Origin: Amphiscolops sp. MND2022
Taxonomy: Eukaryota
Length of the DNA stretch: 64,000 bases
Assembly: GCA_964187785.1 (NCBI GenBank)
Contig: OZ076413.1
Span: forward strand, 41,666,001 to 41,730,000
Direction of reading: 5' to 3'
This document shows positions 12,440 through 24,871 of this stretch, one piece after another; position 1 is the stretch's first letter; each line of letters opens with the position of its first letter. Below the pieces are notes generated by a model. The model worked only from the letters and a program-made list of their open reading frames with translations, was not told the DNA's origin and ran no database searches. The position numbers and the translations under genes were made by a program.

Positions 12440-15400
12440 TTTAAAACCCCTTTCGTGCGGGCATGTTTAGCACCGAATAAGGAATAGCGAGTAGCTAAAA
12501 ACTAGCTTACACTTGACAATAATAGGAGGTCGAGGATAGTCGAAACATCCGCTAGTTCGTATGAATTCAACAAGATTTACGCAATCTCCTAAGTCGTACG
12601 GGGTGAACATTTTCGCGGGTTGGTTCGTAGCTTCGTCAATGGTACAGTCGAATAAAAATTGAATAGCCGTTTCTTCAGTTTCTTTGGAAAAGCAAAGCGG
12701 GCTAGCAGTTAGACTTCTTTTGTAGGCAAAGTTATTCATTCAGGGGTTAAATATCCTGTAGTAGTTCATAGCGGATCACATTTCGCGTTTTGTAGCGTTT
12801 ACTTCGTCAGCAATGGGTAAATGTCTACTCAATGTACAAGATTCTTCAGGTGTGTAGCATAATCCGGGTACAGCCATCTGAAGTTCCATCGAAGAAGTTT
12901 GTGACTTCTACCCACACCTTCGGTGTAGCTATGGTTGTCAGATAAATCGATATTTTTGAGATTGTAGAATTGTTTCATTATGTTTCTCTGAGAGGTGATG
13001 AAAGTTACTGAGATTTGGTGTTGAAAAACTAGTTTCCTCAGATGATCATGTTATTGTAGAACTTTCGTTAGAATTTCGGCTGTGATGTTCTGAACAACAA
13101 TGTCTATTGGAGGTATGCCCAGTAGCACTTCTGTAGCCAGAAAATTCGGATAGTACCTTGTCTCTGAAATATCGCGATTGACAAGCTATTGAAAACTTTC
13201 GAGCTTCTTGGTATTTTAATTCGCCCATACAGGAGCACAGTAGAGTAGAAGAATAAGAGTTTTGTATAGAAGGACGAGCGTGTTCCGCGAAAGACCCCAT
13301 TTCTTATTAGAGTGATGTCTCATTTCTTTCCACCGACTTTTGCAGCGAGCAGTAATCTTTTCTGCATGTCCTTTAAAAGAAGAACTGTCATCAACAGTCA
13401 GTCCAAGTGTTTTTGTCTCAAAGCTTATATTGCATTTTTCACCTCCTACTTTGAACACAGGTGTATTCACATCCAAGTTAATGGGCACAATTTTAGTCTT
13501 TGTGCCGTTCAGCTGAATCCGCTAAGTTCGACACAAATTTTCCACTGCGTTCAGACTTTGTTCAACAGTGAGACACGTGTTGATTGGTCATAAGCTATTA
13601 CAAGTATCTGTGAGTCATAAGCCTATTTGAACTTTATACCTGTTGTATTGTTTAGCATATCTGGAATGTAAAAAGTAAAAGCCGGGGTGATAGTACACTT
13701 CCTTAAGGAAAACCCTGTTTAGGTTTCAACGGATGGGTTGTCACATCGTCAAGTCTTGTTTTCAAAGCGCAACAGTAGTTTAAAGTGCTCAGTAGTTTAA
13801 AGAGAAGTCATCTTATTCCTGCTGTCCATAGTTTGAGCAACAACACATTGTGCCAAACACTATGAAAGATTTTTTCAAGATCAAGTTTAATGAGAGCAGC
13901 TTTGTTTTTGTCCCTGGCAAGCATTTCGTGTTCAATCTTGAATCGGTATAGTGAACGCGTAGAGCTTTTTTTAGGCAAGAAGCCCTCTTGTTCGTGGTCA
14001 ATTGAGTTGTTATTGATCAGAAAGATTTTTATTCTGTTGTTTAGTATCCTCTCAAACACTTTACCATTATGGCTGCTCATGCAGAGAAGTCTATATGCAG
14101 AGAGATCAGAATAGCTTAGTTTTGAAGGTTTTTTTTTATCAAAAAGAACACGAGATTCAATCCACAGCCAGACTATTTGTCAGGCAGGAGTTGAAGAGAT
14201 TCACTAGACACGTATGAAGTTTTGGGCCAGTTTTGACAATCCTCTTAGAGTGGAAGTTGTTTTCATCAAATGAACATGCTGTGTTGTGAAGTTTGTTAAT
14301 GACGTTATCAACTTCATGCATCTGGACATCTTCTTTATACCATACATTATCCCGTCCTTGTTTTTGCTCGAGTTGGTGAATGAGTTCAATCTGTCGTTTC
14401 GTCATTTGCTCAAAATTTTGGTCAAATTCCTTTTCATTCAAATGTTTTTCGCTGAAAAAGGTGTCCATGTGTACATCGGCTTTTTCAATGGCTGTGAAGC
14501 GAAGTCCTTATTTACAAGTTAGAGGAGCAATCATTGTGTCTATTTCAATAGATGAAAGTCTCGCAAGATGTTTGTTCCAAAAGTGCTTACCATATACTGA
14601 GCAGATTTTGGTTGGGATGCAAAGCTGATATACTTCTTCCAGTAATTTGCTAATTGTCAGTCATGTTTCATCAGGGTTATTGTATATCGGGTTTGCAGGG
14701 TCCGTCCAATTACTGGCTTCTTCTTCCCAAGCTTCATGCCATCTGTCCCAGTCAGCGTTTCGCCGGTCAAATTTAGTTTCTCTGTTGCTGATGGTACGTC
14801 AACATTTACATGTACCGGTGCAAGTCCTCTATTAGGATAGCCAGTGAACAACTCGATTTCAGTGTCCGTGTGAAGAGAGACATTCCAGCTAGTTAACTGT
14901 CAGTTACGATGAACAGATCAAGGATGGAGGTTCCGTTTGCTGCGTAAAAAGTAAACTCGCCATCATTTAGAACGTTCACGTCAGGCTTTTCGACGACATG
15001 TTCCAGCATTTCGCCACTGTTATTGCAACGTGTATCGCCCCTGGAAAGACTTCTAGCATTTAAAACTCCCACGAATATAACTCCCGTCATGTTGCTTCTA
15101 TGGGCATATGCACTTGCATTTTCCATTGAATTAAAGAATTCTTTAATAGAGATTTCGGAGTTTGGGGATGTATGCAGTTGCTAAAATGAAGGATTTAAGA
15201 CCAAGGTACACACCACATCATTTTGAGTCAAATGGTTTTTCATGGAAAGTCGGAATATCACAGCAGCTTATGTCTTCGGGTAAAGAAATGGCAACTCCGC
15301 CATGCTGTGCTAGCTGAGGATGGGAAAACGTCGATAAGTTTTGAAGGTCATGCGAAAACCATTGTTTGATTTCGTTTAGTGATATAAAGTAAAGTTTCAT

Positions 15401-17693
15401 GTCATCAATGTTTTTTTCGAGTGAAATTCGTTTCGCGTTTGACGGTCCGGAAAACTTGAGCTGCACGAATGAAAGCTTTTCACTTTAGCCATGAAAGAAA
15501 GCCACGTTTTTGAGTGAATCTTTGTTTGTTGGAAACCTGCATTTGGTATATTACGTTGTTTGCAAATTTTGGACGCATGGTTAAAATAAGTTTCACAGAA
15601 TGGGTCGTTAGCAGTTTGGTTAAACTGGCAATTCGCGCATTTCATTGCATTTCCTTCTTCACATTCACCGAATGGATGCTGGTTAGCGCATTTGCCACAT
15701 TTAGGATGGCTTTTGCAGGTTTTATTTACATGCCCAAAAACTTGGCATTTAAAACACCGAAAAATTGAGAATTTTTGTCGTTCGCTGTATTCATATACTC
15801 GAAAGTACTGGTCATTCAGGAAGAATCCTTCAGACAATGTTTTTACCTTGTCTCTTTTGCTTAGAAAGTCAACTTTCACAGTGTTCAAAACACTCTTATC
15901 TTTTTTGATGCCTCTTTGCGCTTTCTCTCCAGAAACTTTTTCTTACAGAAGTAAATTTGACTTTACATTTGTGAACTCTTCTGCTTTGGGCACGTCTTTT
16001 ATCAGAACCGAGTGATTCTTTTAACTCGTTCGAGACCTTCTGCAAATTGCTTCACATCCAAAAAAACTCTACACGGTTCCCACTTAATTCCGATTTCTTT
16101 TGACGCCTCCCCTGATTCGAATTCGAGGTGTTTGTGTCCTCTAGTTGTTTTGAAAGCATACAGCAAACTTTTTGTTGGAGAAACTTTTAGCAAAGCTTCG
16201 TTTTATGCCGGCTCTATTTTTGTAGGAGGGATCAGCATTTTCAATTACAAGTATCGAAGATGTCACGCGGAATGGAGGTTTTAATAATAGTACCTAGTTT
16301 TGAACTCCCGGTTGCGGCTGCGGCTGCGGTTGCGTACGTAGAAGCCATTTTCTCTACCGCATCTTTGACCGAACCTTTCTTTGGTACTAATCTGTGTGCA
16401 GTTTTGTTGATCGACGGCACCATTGCAGTGAAATTATCACTTAGTTCCAAGATACTTTGTCTAGCAAAAGTTTTAGCAATGGCGGTGGAGTCTAATTTGG
16501 TTGAGTTGCACTGTAAAAGTTCGATGATCTTGATTCATTTTCAATAGTACGTCGAGTTTCTTTGTCTCTAATCTTTTAGGCTTGACGTATTTTTCCTCGC
16601 GAAACCAAAGGATACATTCTATTCCATCGATTGCTTTGATTGTTGTTTTTGCTATTTCGGTGCATTGTTAATGAAACCAGCGTTCGCATGTTGTAAATTC
16701 GATCGCAAACGTGCCAGATACAACAGGGTTGTTGCATGAACAGCAAGAATCACTGTGTTCAGTAGTTGAGATGGTACGGTCTTTTTTGTTTTTGTAGAGC
16801 ATTTTTCTAACCACGCATAGGCTGCTCCAAGATGATTAAAAATCAAAAGCTTAGCCTGTGCACTTGGGAAAAAAGATGGAAGTGAAACCTGTTACCTCAG
16901 TTACCTTGCGACTTATTCTTGTTGCGCTTTCGCCTCCGTGTATTCTATCGTTTTTTCAAGACGAGGCTATAAAATGCCGATTGTTTTCGTAGGATCGTTG
17001 AGAAAAAAATTGCTCTCCAGTACAGGCCAGGGGTGGAGTTTTTTGATTTCCAGACAAATTGGGGCAATCTCTGCTTTCGTTTAGATAGGAAATGCGTTTT
17101 CGCGTCAACAATGATGAAATCAAGTTTCCGGAGATCAACGTAATTGTTTGGGGTACCAAGTCCGTGGCAGTACACAATTGCAATGAAATTCTTCGTGTGC
17201 CGCTTCAGTATTTCCACACGCTCTACTCTAGAGCATGCGGTATAATTGTTGCGTTTATGTCTTGTGATGCTGTTGTTGATGACGTCGTGCCAGCAGACAA
17301 GATTTTTTCTGATTTTGAAAATACAATACTTTGTCTCAGTAAGTAACCAAGGTTTTTGAGTTTTTCAGATCTGGGGCTGAAAGATAGTCCAAACACGGCA
17401 AAGGATCTTTTTTGGATAGAAGGTTTCAAAGAGTAAGGGACGTTTTCAAAGGTTCTAAAGAGGGAACTTGCTCCTATCAAGTGAACCATAAGCAGGTATG
17501 GAATGATGGCAAAAGGAACAAACTAAGAGTTTTGCAGGGCTTAGCAGCAAGGGCACATAAGAAAAGAAACGGTTGTCTCGAGAAGTCGTTTTTTCCAGTG
17601 TCCATTGAACATAAGTAGTCCCGTCGTCAGAACATTTAACCTGAAACTGATCTATTGAATAAGAGAACCTACTTATTAGGTTTATCACAACAA
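12440..17693 (-). mobile_element. Decayed full-length LINE A (ORF1 PHD/RRM/3x CCHC; ORF2 APE-RT-CCHC) with an upstream esterase-like ORF
   Basis: ORF1: PHD remnant CCSC...TCERWFH.QC near 16650-16760 and knuckles RCFKCQVFGH..C, CGKCANQH..C, CANC (15397..15888). APE: LNAR...LNDGEFTF...ILDLF (14893..15126). RT: KVFERIL...QEGF...LDLEKIFHSVWH (13808..14080). C-terminal EETAIQFLFDC. Many stops and frameshifts. Confidence 0.9.
16945..17489 (-). pseudogene. Frameshifted SGNH/GDSL-esterase-like ORF upstream of LINE A ORF1
   Basis: Joining three frames gives VHLIGASSLFR...FGLSF...LVCWHDVINNSI...KKLHP, in the order of SGNH blocks I, II, III and V. Confidence 0.45.
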
Positions 17694-17768
17694 CGGAGAT
17701 CGCGAAGCAATCGTAGTGGGCGCTGGGCTTTGCGACTGTGACGGCGAGCGTGCATACACCGAATATGA
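17692..17768 (+). repeat. Family S repeat, 3' half
   Basis: aacggagatcgcgaagcaatcgtagtggg...gcgagcgtgcatacac; begins where the 11860-11965 half ends. Confidence 0.8.
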
Positions 17769-18446
17769 CCTCCTATTAGTTGAGGAAAAGTACCTAAGAT
17801 ATTTTAAACGCTTTGCAGGAGCAAAAACGAAACAATTCGATCTCAAACTAAACTTATTTCAGTTACTAGTAACAAGGATAGTCAAATCACTAAAAAAGCC
17901 AACTGAGGAAGCGGGCGTCTTGGTCGCCTATGAACAGTTTGATCATTTTGACGATGTCTCTAAAATTTACGAAAAGTGCTTGAAAAATTTCTAAACTCTA
18001 AAACTTAGAATTTTTCACTCTTTTTGACTTTTTTAGAAAGTTACGGCCGATATTTTTTCCTAAAAGTGAAGAGGTAAAACATCAGTGTCGTTGAACATTT
18101 TTATCAGTTAATCTAAGATTTTTTCAAGCCTTTTCCTAATTTTGAAAAGCAAAGAAAACTTGTCAAAAGGAATGTAACGTCGTAACGTCCAGGACCCAGC
18201 GTAACAAAATTTCGACGCGATTTTGAAAATGTGCGATAGCAAATAGAATGAATGAAGATGGCCGACCTTGCAGGTACTTGAAAACAGTTTATTTGAACGG
18301 ATCATAAGTATATTTAAAGCAACAGAAAACAGATAAGTGTATTTCCCTCCAAAATATAGAGTTTTAAAAACAAACTGTTCTTTTTGTTTATGCAAATTCA
18401 TTTGCTATTGTTAAAAAAACAATTTTTTCCCAAAATTCGGGGAAGA

Positions 18447-18576
18447 CAATTACCATTAAGTAATTGCATCAGTGACTATATAAAGAATCCGAATCAGGCG
18501 TATCACTTTCAATTACCATTAAGTAATTGTATCAGTGACTATATAAAGAATCCGAATCAGGCGTATCACTTTCAAT
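18447..18576. repeat. 63-bp tandem duplication at the transposase 3' end
   Basis: caattaccattaag...gtatcacttt twice, with one mismatch. Confidence 0.95.
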
Positions 18577-19544
18577 AATCATTCATCAACTGAGGAGGTC
18601 AGTTTTTAAATTATGTTTGGGTCAATTTCATTAGCAGCATTGACAATAGCTATCAACAGATCGTCCTTCGAATGAAACACCTTGTTTTCCGCATAAACAT
18701 TTCTTTTGATGATACTCCAAAAGTTTTCAATGGGATATAAATCCGGTTATGCTGGTGGCCAGTTCATTAATCCTGACCCAAAAATGCCAATACTCGCCAG
18801 ATTTGACATTGAATTTTTGGCAGCATGCTAAGGTGCATTGTCATGCATGAAAACTAGCGATTTTTTCTCATTCGCAGGTAGGCCGTGGTACCATGGTTCA
18901 AAAAATTACCGTGAGAATAGTTGGTAGGAATTAGGGTCCATTTTAACCCCTTCAGGGACCCTTAATGGTCCTAGTACTTTGTTATACCCAATACCGGCCC
19001 AAAACATTACTCCACCACCACCTTGCTGGCGACGTAGCCTACGTGGAAATTCAGTTGCGGTATGCAACCACCCTCTACAGAAGCCCTCTGGGCCATCTAA
19101 TGTGGCCCGACATTCATCGGTATATATAACTCGACGGAAACCTAGTTCCATGTACTGTTTCACCCCTGCTGCAGGTTTGATCTATGCACTTCAGACACAG
19201 GAGATTGGCGAATTGGTTGAACTATTTTTCCAACTGTTGATAGAATTTTACATCTAAGTGTCGGACCACAGTTTTGGATGTCAGCTTAACAAATTAACTT
19301 TCCACTGGTTGATAACGGATTTTGCTCCACTTTTCTAGTCAAAAGTGATTTGTTCCTTTTCGCAACGTTGCAAATTACCCTTCTCCTTTTTGTAAGAAAC
19401 TTTGGTAGAGTTGTTACCAAATGATTTGATGGTCCGATGATCTCGCTTGACGTCTTCGGCTATTTGCAATGTTGTTATTCCTTAGCCAAGCAAACTAAAA
19501 AGTTCATCTCTTACATACGATATCAAATCTTGTTTCTTGCCCAT
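18535..19544 (-). mobile_element. Decayed IS630-Tc1-mariner transposase, DD37E (TRT-type)
   Basis: MGKKQDL...KRDHRTIK N-terminus; YTDECRATLDGP; RRQQGGGGVMFWAGI; FMHDNAP*H...WPPA*PDLYPIEN with 37 residues between the second D and the E; in-frame stops. Confidence 0.9.
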
Positions 19545-22500
19545 GGTAAAAGTTTCGGATGAAAACCTTCAATAATGGTTTAAATATTTGTTCACAAAGT
19601 AAAGCTACTTAAACAAACCGATCACTTAAAATTTCAATTTGCAAAATTTCACTTCCTGCCTTTTAAGTGAAACACGTGAATACAATTTCATGCTACGGTT
19701 TTTAAGAAATGTAAGCATTCAAGATGTGATCTTTATGATGAACTTTTTCAATACACACAGAAGCGTTTCACTGACAATTGCTTAAACAAAACCAACGTAC
19801 TGTATATAAATTGGTCGAACGACTGTATTGGTCGTCTCGATTGTTTTCAATCGTTTTTTTCTGGTTAAATCCCTCGAAAACTGAACATAAATGGCAAGGG
19901 AAGCGACAGAAACTGGTAACTTTTCTCTACGTTTTTGATGTCCTTTCGAAAATTTTCTTTGGAAAAAGTCCTTTATCTCTTCACGAAAGCCTCATAGACA
20001 ACGTTTCAACGTTCTATACCACAACGTCTAACGACAATTTGATAAAATTTGCCCCCAAAAGCTAAGAGAATACGCATAGAAAGTCGGAAATCTTTGCGAC
20101 TTTTTAGGATCATTTTCGTATCATTCTGGGCTCTTTCGGATCATACCCAAAAAAAAAATCCACAAGTGTCTACAAATACATTGCATGAAACTAAATTATA
20201 TCGTGTTTGCTAATGGCGCTCCAGCCCAATGCCAAAAAAAAATCCATCCCCAAAAAGTATCGAACAAAATTGCCACTTACCTAGAAATAAATCACGTATC
20301 AAAACTGTGCTCGCATCTTTGCATGATGTTGTGAACAGAAAATAGTGGTCATGTCATTAAGCATGTGGTCAGCTTCGTTTCACGCTTGTGTGAACAACAA
20401 AAGAGTTCATTGATGGGAAAATGAAGCTTGTTACTTAATCTGCTGAAACAACTTGAGCCTCAAAAACTTTCCCTTTATCAAACCTTGTCACCACATCAAA
20501 TGAGTCTGGCCAAAATGAATTTCAGGAACCTCGTTGCCTATATATAGTTTTTTGAAAACGCCAATTTGCGGAAGGATATGAGCCTTTTGTTCACAGGGAA
20601 TTTTACAGCTCTGGAGGTTTGTGCCCCTAAAGGGCTAGTTTTTTGTTCCTGTTATGAAGTTTTTCGAGGATTCGCAGTCTTTTCCGTTGTGGATATTCAT
20701 GTTTTGAACTTCTGGTCGAAACTCTTCATAAGACTTGCAAACAAAAAAAAAGTGATAAGCGTCTTCTTCTGATTGCTTACAGGGACATAGCGGTGATTCA
20801 GCTTTCTACATTTTCCACGAATATTCAGCTAGTGCTAAAGAAATATCAATTTAGAGCTCACATTTTGATTGCAGGATAAAATTGGCCGTATAATAAAGAG
20901 CTACATGAATTACTGTGTGTTTTGTTTCGAGTAGATATGATAGGATGCCGTTGTTTTGTGAACGCAGCCACCTTGTCGCCATCCGTGTAATCATCTTTGG
21001 CGCAGTTTGTCAAATTCATATCCTTCATAAACATTCGGAACTTCAGTAATTTGCTTTCTAGAGAGGCTGCTTTGCTTTTATAATACAGTTTGGCATTCAG
21101 GTGAGTTGTTCTCACGAGATCGTCTTTCCATAGGGTCATTAATAGGAATTTTATCTCTATTCCGTCATTATAGAAGTCGATTGGGGGCAATCCTAGTAGT
21201 ACTCCGCAGGTGCTTGAATTTGGTGTCCAACTATGTCTGAAAACATATCTAATAAAGTGCTGCTGGAATTTGACACCAATGCTCTTGTTCTGTTCACACC
21301 AAATAGGTGATGCGTACATCTACTGGGAAATGATAATAGTTTTGTAAAGCATCAGTAGGATCGGAATTGAGAGGCTCCATTTTGAGCTACCAACTCTTGA
21401 GATCCTGTCTCAGCTCCTTTTCACTTTCTCACAGTCTTTCAGAGTGTTCTTTGTAGTTCACTTTGTTGTCTATTGTGAGTCCTAATGATTTAGTTTTTCT
21501 TTTCACTACACTTAGTTCGTTGTTAAGGGTCGGTGCTGTGAAAGAGCTTTCGTTCACATTCATTAGGATTTGTTCAGGTTTTGATCCATTGACACCCATT
21601 CTCCATTGTTTGCACCAATTTCTAATGTTTAGGCAAGAATGGCGTAATTTGGATACTAAGTCATCAGTATCGGATCCCAGGAAGAAGATCGCACTGTCAT
21701 CTGCGAATTTAAAGTGGCATGGTTCTGTGTCTGGAAAGTAATTTAAATAAATTATGAACAAAAGTGGTGACAAGACACTGCCTTGGGGAACTCCAATATG
21801 CATTTTGAATGTCGGCGACTTGTAATCAGTCAGTTCAATGTAGGCTTCGCAGGTTTTCAGAAGAGTTCTCAAGGTAGAGAACATTCTACCGGTGATATTG
21901 TATTTTCTCAGTTTAAAAAGCAGACCATCAATCCAAACGCTGTCAAAAGCTCTTTCCAGGTCAATTTCAAGTAAAGCAAGGGGTTTCTTTGATAATTTTC
22001 CTTTTTTCAAGATTGAGGTCAGGCGGTAGAGAGATATAAATGTGTTTCGGCTTCTGCTAGTGAATTATTGGTCTCAAGGTGGCTATTCACACGCGTACAA
22101 AGCATCCGTTCGAAAAGCTTGCCAAAGTGACTAGAAATAGTGAGTGGTCTGTAGCTTGAACGGTCGTCGTATTTTGTTTTGTTGGGTTTGCGGATGAATA
22201 TCACTCGTGATTGGGTCCATGCCCAAACCGCTTCGTTCCAGCATTTATCGAAGAATTCCAGAAGAAAGGTCCTGGCGTAGTTGCCAAGTTTCTTAATCAT
22301 CTGGATTTGGAATCCGTCGGGGTCAAAGGAATTTGTTCTAGGACATTGCTTCAATGCGCCATTCGATTCTTTTGAAGAGAAAAAGTCTTGGAAAATTTCC
22401 ATATCGTGCTCTCCAATCTCTTCAGGTTGTTGGAGAAAAGAATTTACTGTCTTCTCCATGGATTCGTCGAAAGTTTCTTTATGTAAAAACTTGCCTTCAA

Positions 22501-22936
22501 AGAATGTTTCCTGAAGTTCCTTACTGATCTCCGACATATTGTAGAGAAGTTCTCCATGACTGTTTTTGATTATCCCCATATTTGGTTTGTTATCATTGAA
22601 AAGCTCCTTGTATGACATCCAAAAATATTCGCCACGTTTGTGTCCCAGATTGAATAAGTATTCATTCATCCAGTGTGATGCTTTTTCACTCAGAAGCGTT
22701 TTGAAACTTTCCTTAGCCTGGTTAAGTTTTATCAAGTTCCTGTATTTGGAGTTGTATCTAAATTTTCTTCTCAAGTTTCTCAGCTCTTTGCTGCCATGTT
22801 TTAGTTCCGCACCAGAACGGTTTACTACGATTTGTAACTTTTTTGTTTGATCTACACAGTTTAGTCGCATCTTTCATTGATCTTTCGAAGTATTCCTACA
22901 TGCAGAATGCATTGGGTTCTCTTCAGAAAAGCCTGG

Positions 22937-23163
22937 AATTTTGTTTTCCATGTGGTTTGACCATTCATCCCAAAGCGCTTTCTCGATCCAAGGTTTCTCG
23001 TTTACTTTGCATTTGCTACAAATATTTCGCTCGCCAGCCTTCGAGAGGACATTCTCCAGTGAAATTAACACTGCAAAAATTCGTTAAATTGAAAGTAAAC
23101 GAGAAACCTTGGATCGAGAAAGCGCTTTGGGATGAATGGTCAAACCACATGGAAAACAAAATT
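22937..23163. repeat. 72-bp perfect inverted repeat with 83-bp spacer (inversion-duplication inside LINE B)
   Basis: 22937-23008 is the reverse complement of 23092-23163; KVNEKPWIEKALWDEWSNHMENKI is readable on both strands. Confidence 0.95.
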
Positions 23164-24056
23164 TCATCGATAACGCTAAAACCATTGATTGAGCAGAATG
23201 TTGGTTCTCCGTCGTTCAAGATGCTAAATATGGATAAAATTTAATGAGGTCATGTCCGAGTTGATTGCAGATGTGATCGCCCCAGTAGAAATGTCTCGCG
23301 TTGCAGTCACCAAAGAAATCAACTCCATCTAATCTGTTTGAGTCAGCATACTTTCTGCAGACATCGACACCTTGAGTTAGGCGCTGAAGTTCATCTCTGT
23401 TGTCCTGTTTCACGTATGTAGTTGTCACTAACACTCTCAGACCCCCACACATTATGGAAATGACGAGATTATCACTGTTGCTAATTTCTAACTCCTCCAT
23501 TCTAGCGAATGATGAGCCATTCCGGATTAAAATCGACACCTCGCCTGTGGAATGAGCTGAAATTTTGCTAAAAGTCTTGTTTTACTTTGGTTGAAAATAA
23601 CGATTTCGGGTTTACATTGGTCTAGGTATTGGTGTATTGCTATTCTGGTGTGGTCGCTGAGTCCGCAAATATTGATCTTTATTATTGAGACGTAGTTTTA
23701 CAGGACATGATTTTGTTTTCCGGGTGGTGCCAGTCGACGGTTTTCATACAGTTTGTTGTTGTTTTCTGTATTTGGGACATTCAATTGAATCTGCGTCATG
23801 GTTTCCGTTGCAATTGGCACATTTGCTGTCGGCGTCTGTTTTTGAGCACTCTCCGAAAGTGTGTTCTTCGCTAGAGTGTTTGCAAGTCGTTTTTGAATGA
23901 CAGTTGGCACTGAGATATCCAATTTTTTGACAGTTGTAGCAGCGAATGATTCTAATACCCTTTTGTAAAAATTCTGTCGGCTGGAAATACAGGCATTCAA
24001 AAGAAAAGTCCTTCATCGATTGATTTGACAAAATGTGTTAATTTTACTGTTTGAAG

Positions 24057-24535
24057 GGGTGGCTGTAAATAGGTTGAACTTTTCTGGTCGAAAGGACAGA
24101 GGTCGAATCTTTTGATCGAATTGCAGGGATCGAAAGGAATGCGGTCGAATTTGATCGAAGTCTTCTTTGATCGGTCGAATTTGATCGAACGGGTCGAAAA
24201 CGTTCTTTGTTTGCCTCAAGTGGATTGACTATCATAATATGGGGCATATGCTGTGTATGCACGCTCGCCCTCGCCATCGCAAAGACCAGCTCCCACTTCG
24301 ATGGCTGCGCGATCTTCGTTCCCGCTAGGTCTTTGCTCCTGTTCGACCTCGCTTAGCAAGATGGGAACATAAGCGGCCCCGAGGGGCCGCGGGGCACAAA
24401 AGGAAATGGGGACAAACCCGAGACACATACTTTTCTAGAAAAGAATTGTTTCGATCCCGTTCAAAAATTTGGTATGTCGACCCGAGGACTAACTCTGAGT
24501 GTCGATCCCGTTCATTCGACCTATTTCCGCCCACC
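24057..24535. mobile_element. Mutator-like MITE with 9-10 bp TSD, containing a family S repeat
   Basis: (C)TGTTTGAAG flanks both sides (24047-24056, 24535-24544); imperfect TIRs GGGTGGCTGTAAATAGGTTGAA / TTCGACCTATTTCCGCCCACC; subterminal GGTCGAATTTGATCGAA repeats. Removing it restores LINE ORF1 (...GTVLQTVK). Confidence 0.8.
24240..24420 (-). repeat. Family S repeat, near full length, nested in the MITE
   Basis: Reverse complement matches 11860-11965, 12200-12330 and 17692-17768. Confidence 0.85.
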
Positions 24536-24734
24536 TGTTTGAAGCACGGTACCATCGGTTTTTGTGAAACGCTTAGCCTGTACACCAGGGAAAGCTATCT
24601 CAAGTTCATACCTGATTTTTTCATTTTGTAGGTCCGTTGGTACGCCTTTGATTACCGCACTTCTGCGATCACTTTCACCAGCTTTCCGAATGGTTTGTTT
24701 TCGTTCCAAAGTAATTTGGCCGCCAGCTGTTGAG

Positions 24735-24871
24735 TGTACAATGTCGTAAACTCCATTGTAACAGATCGTAAAATGTATAGATGTATTTTTAAAGTGTCAT
24801 TTTATTTCAGAGGATCATTGTATGAAATAAATGTTTTATTAACACTGTTCCTACAAATAGAGGTTTCTATA
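24735..24871 (+). repeat. 5' LTR
   Basis: TGTACAATG...GTTTCTATA; contains AATAAA at 24826-24831. Confidence 0.95.
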
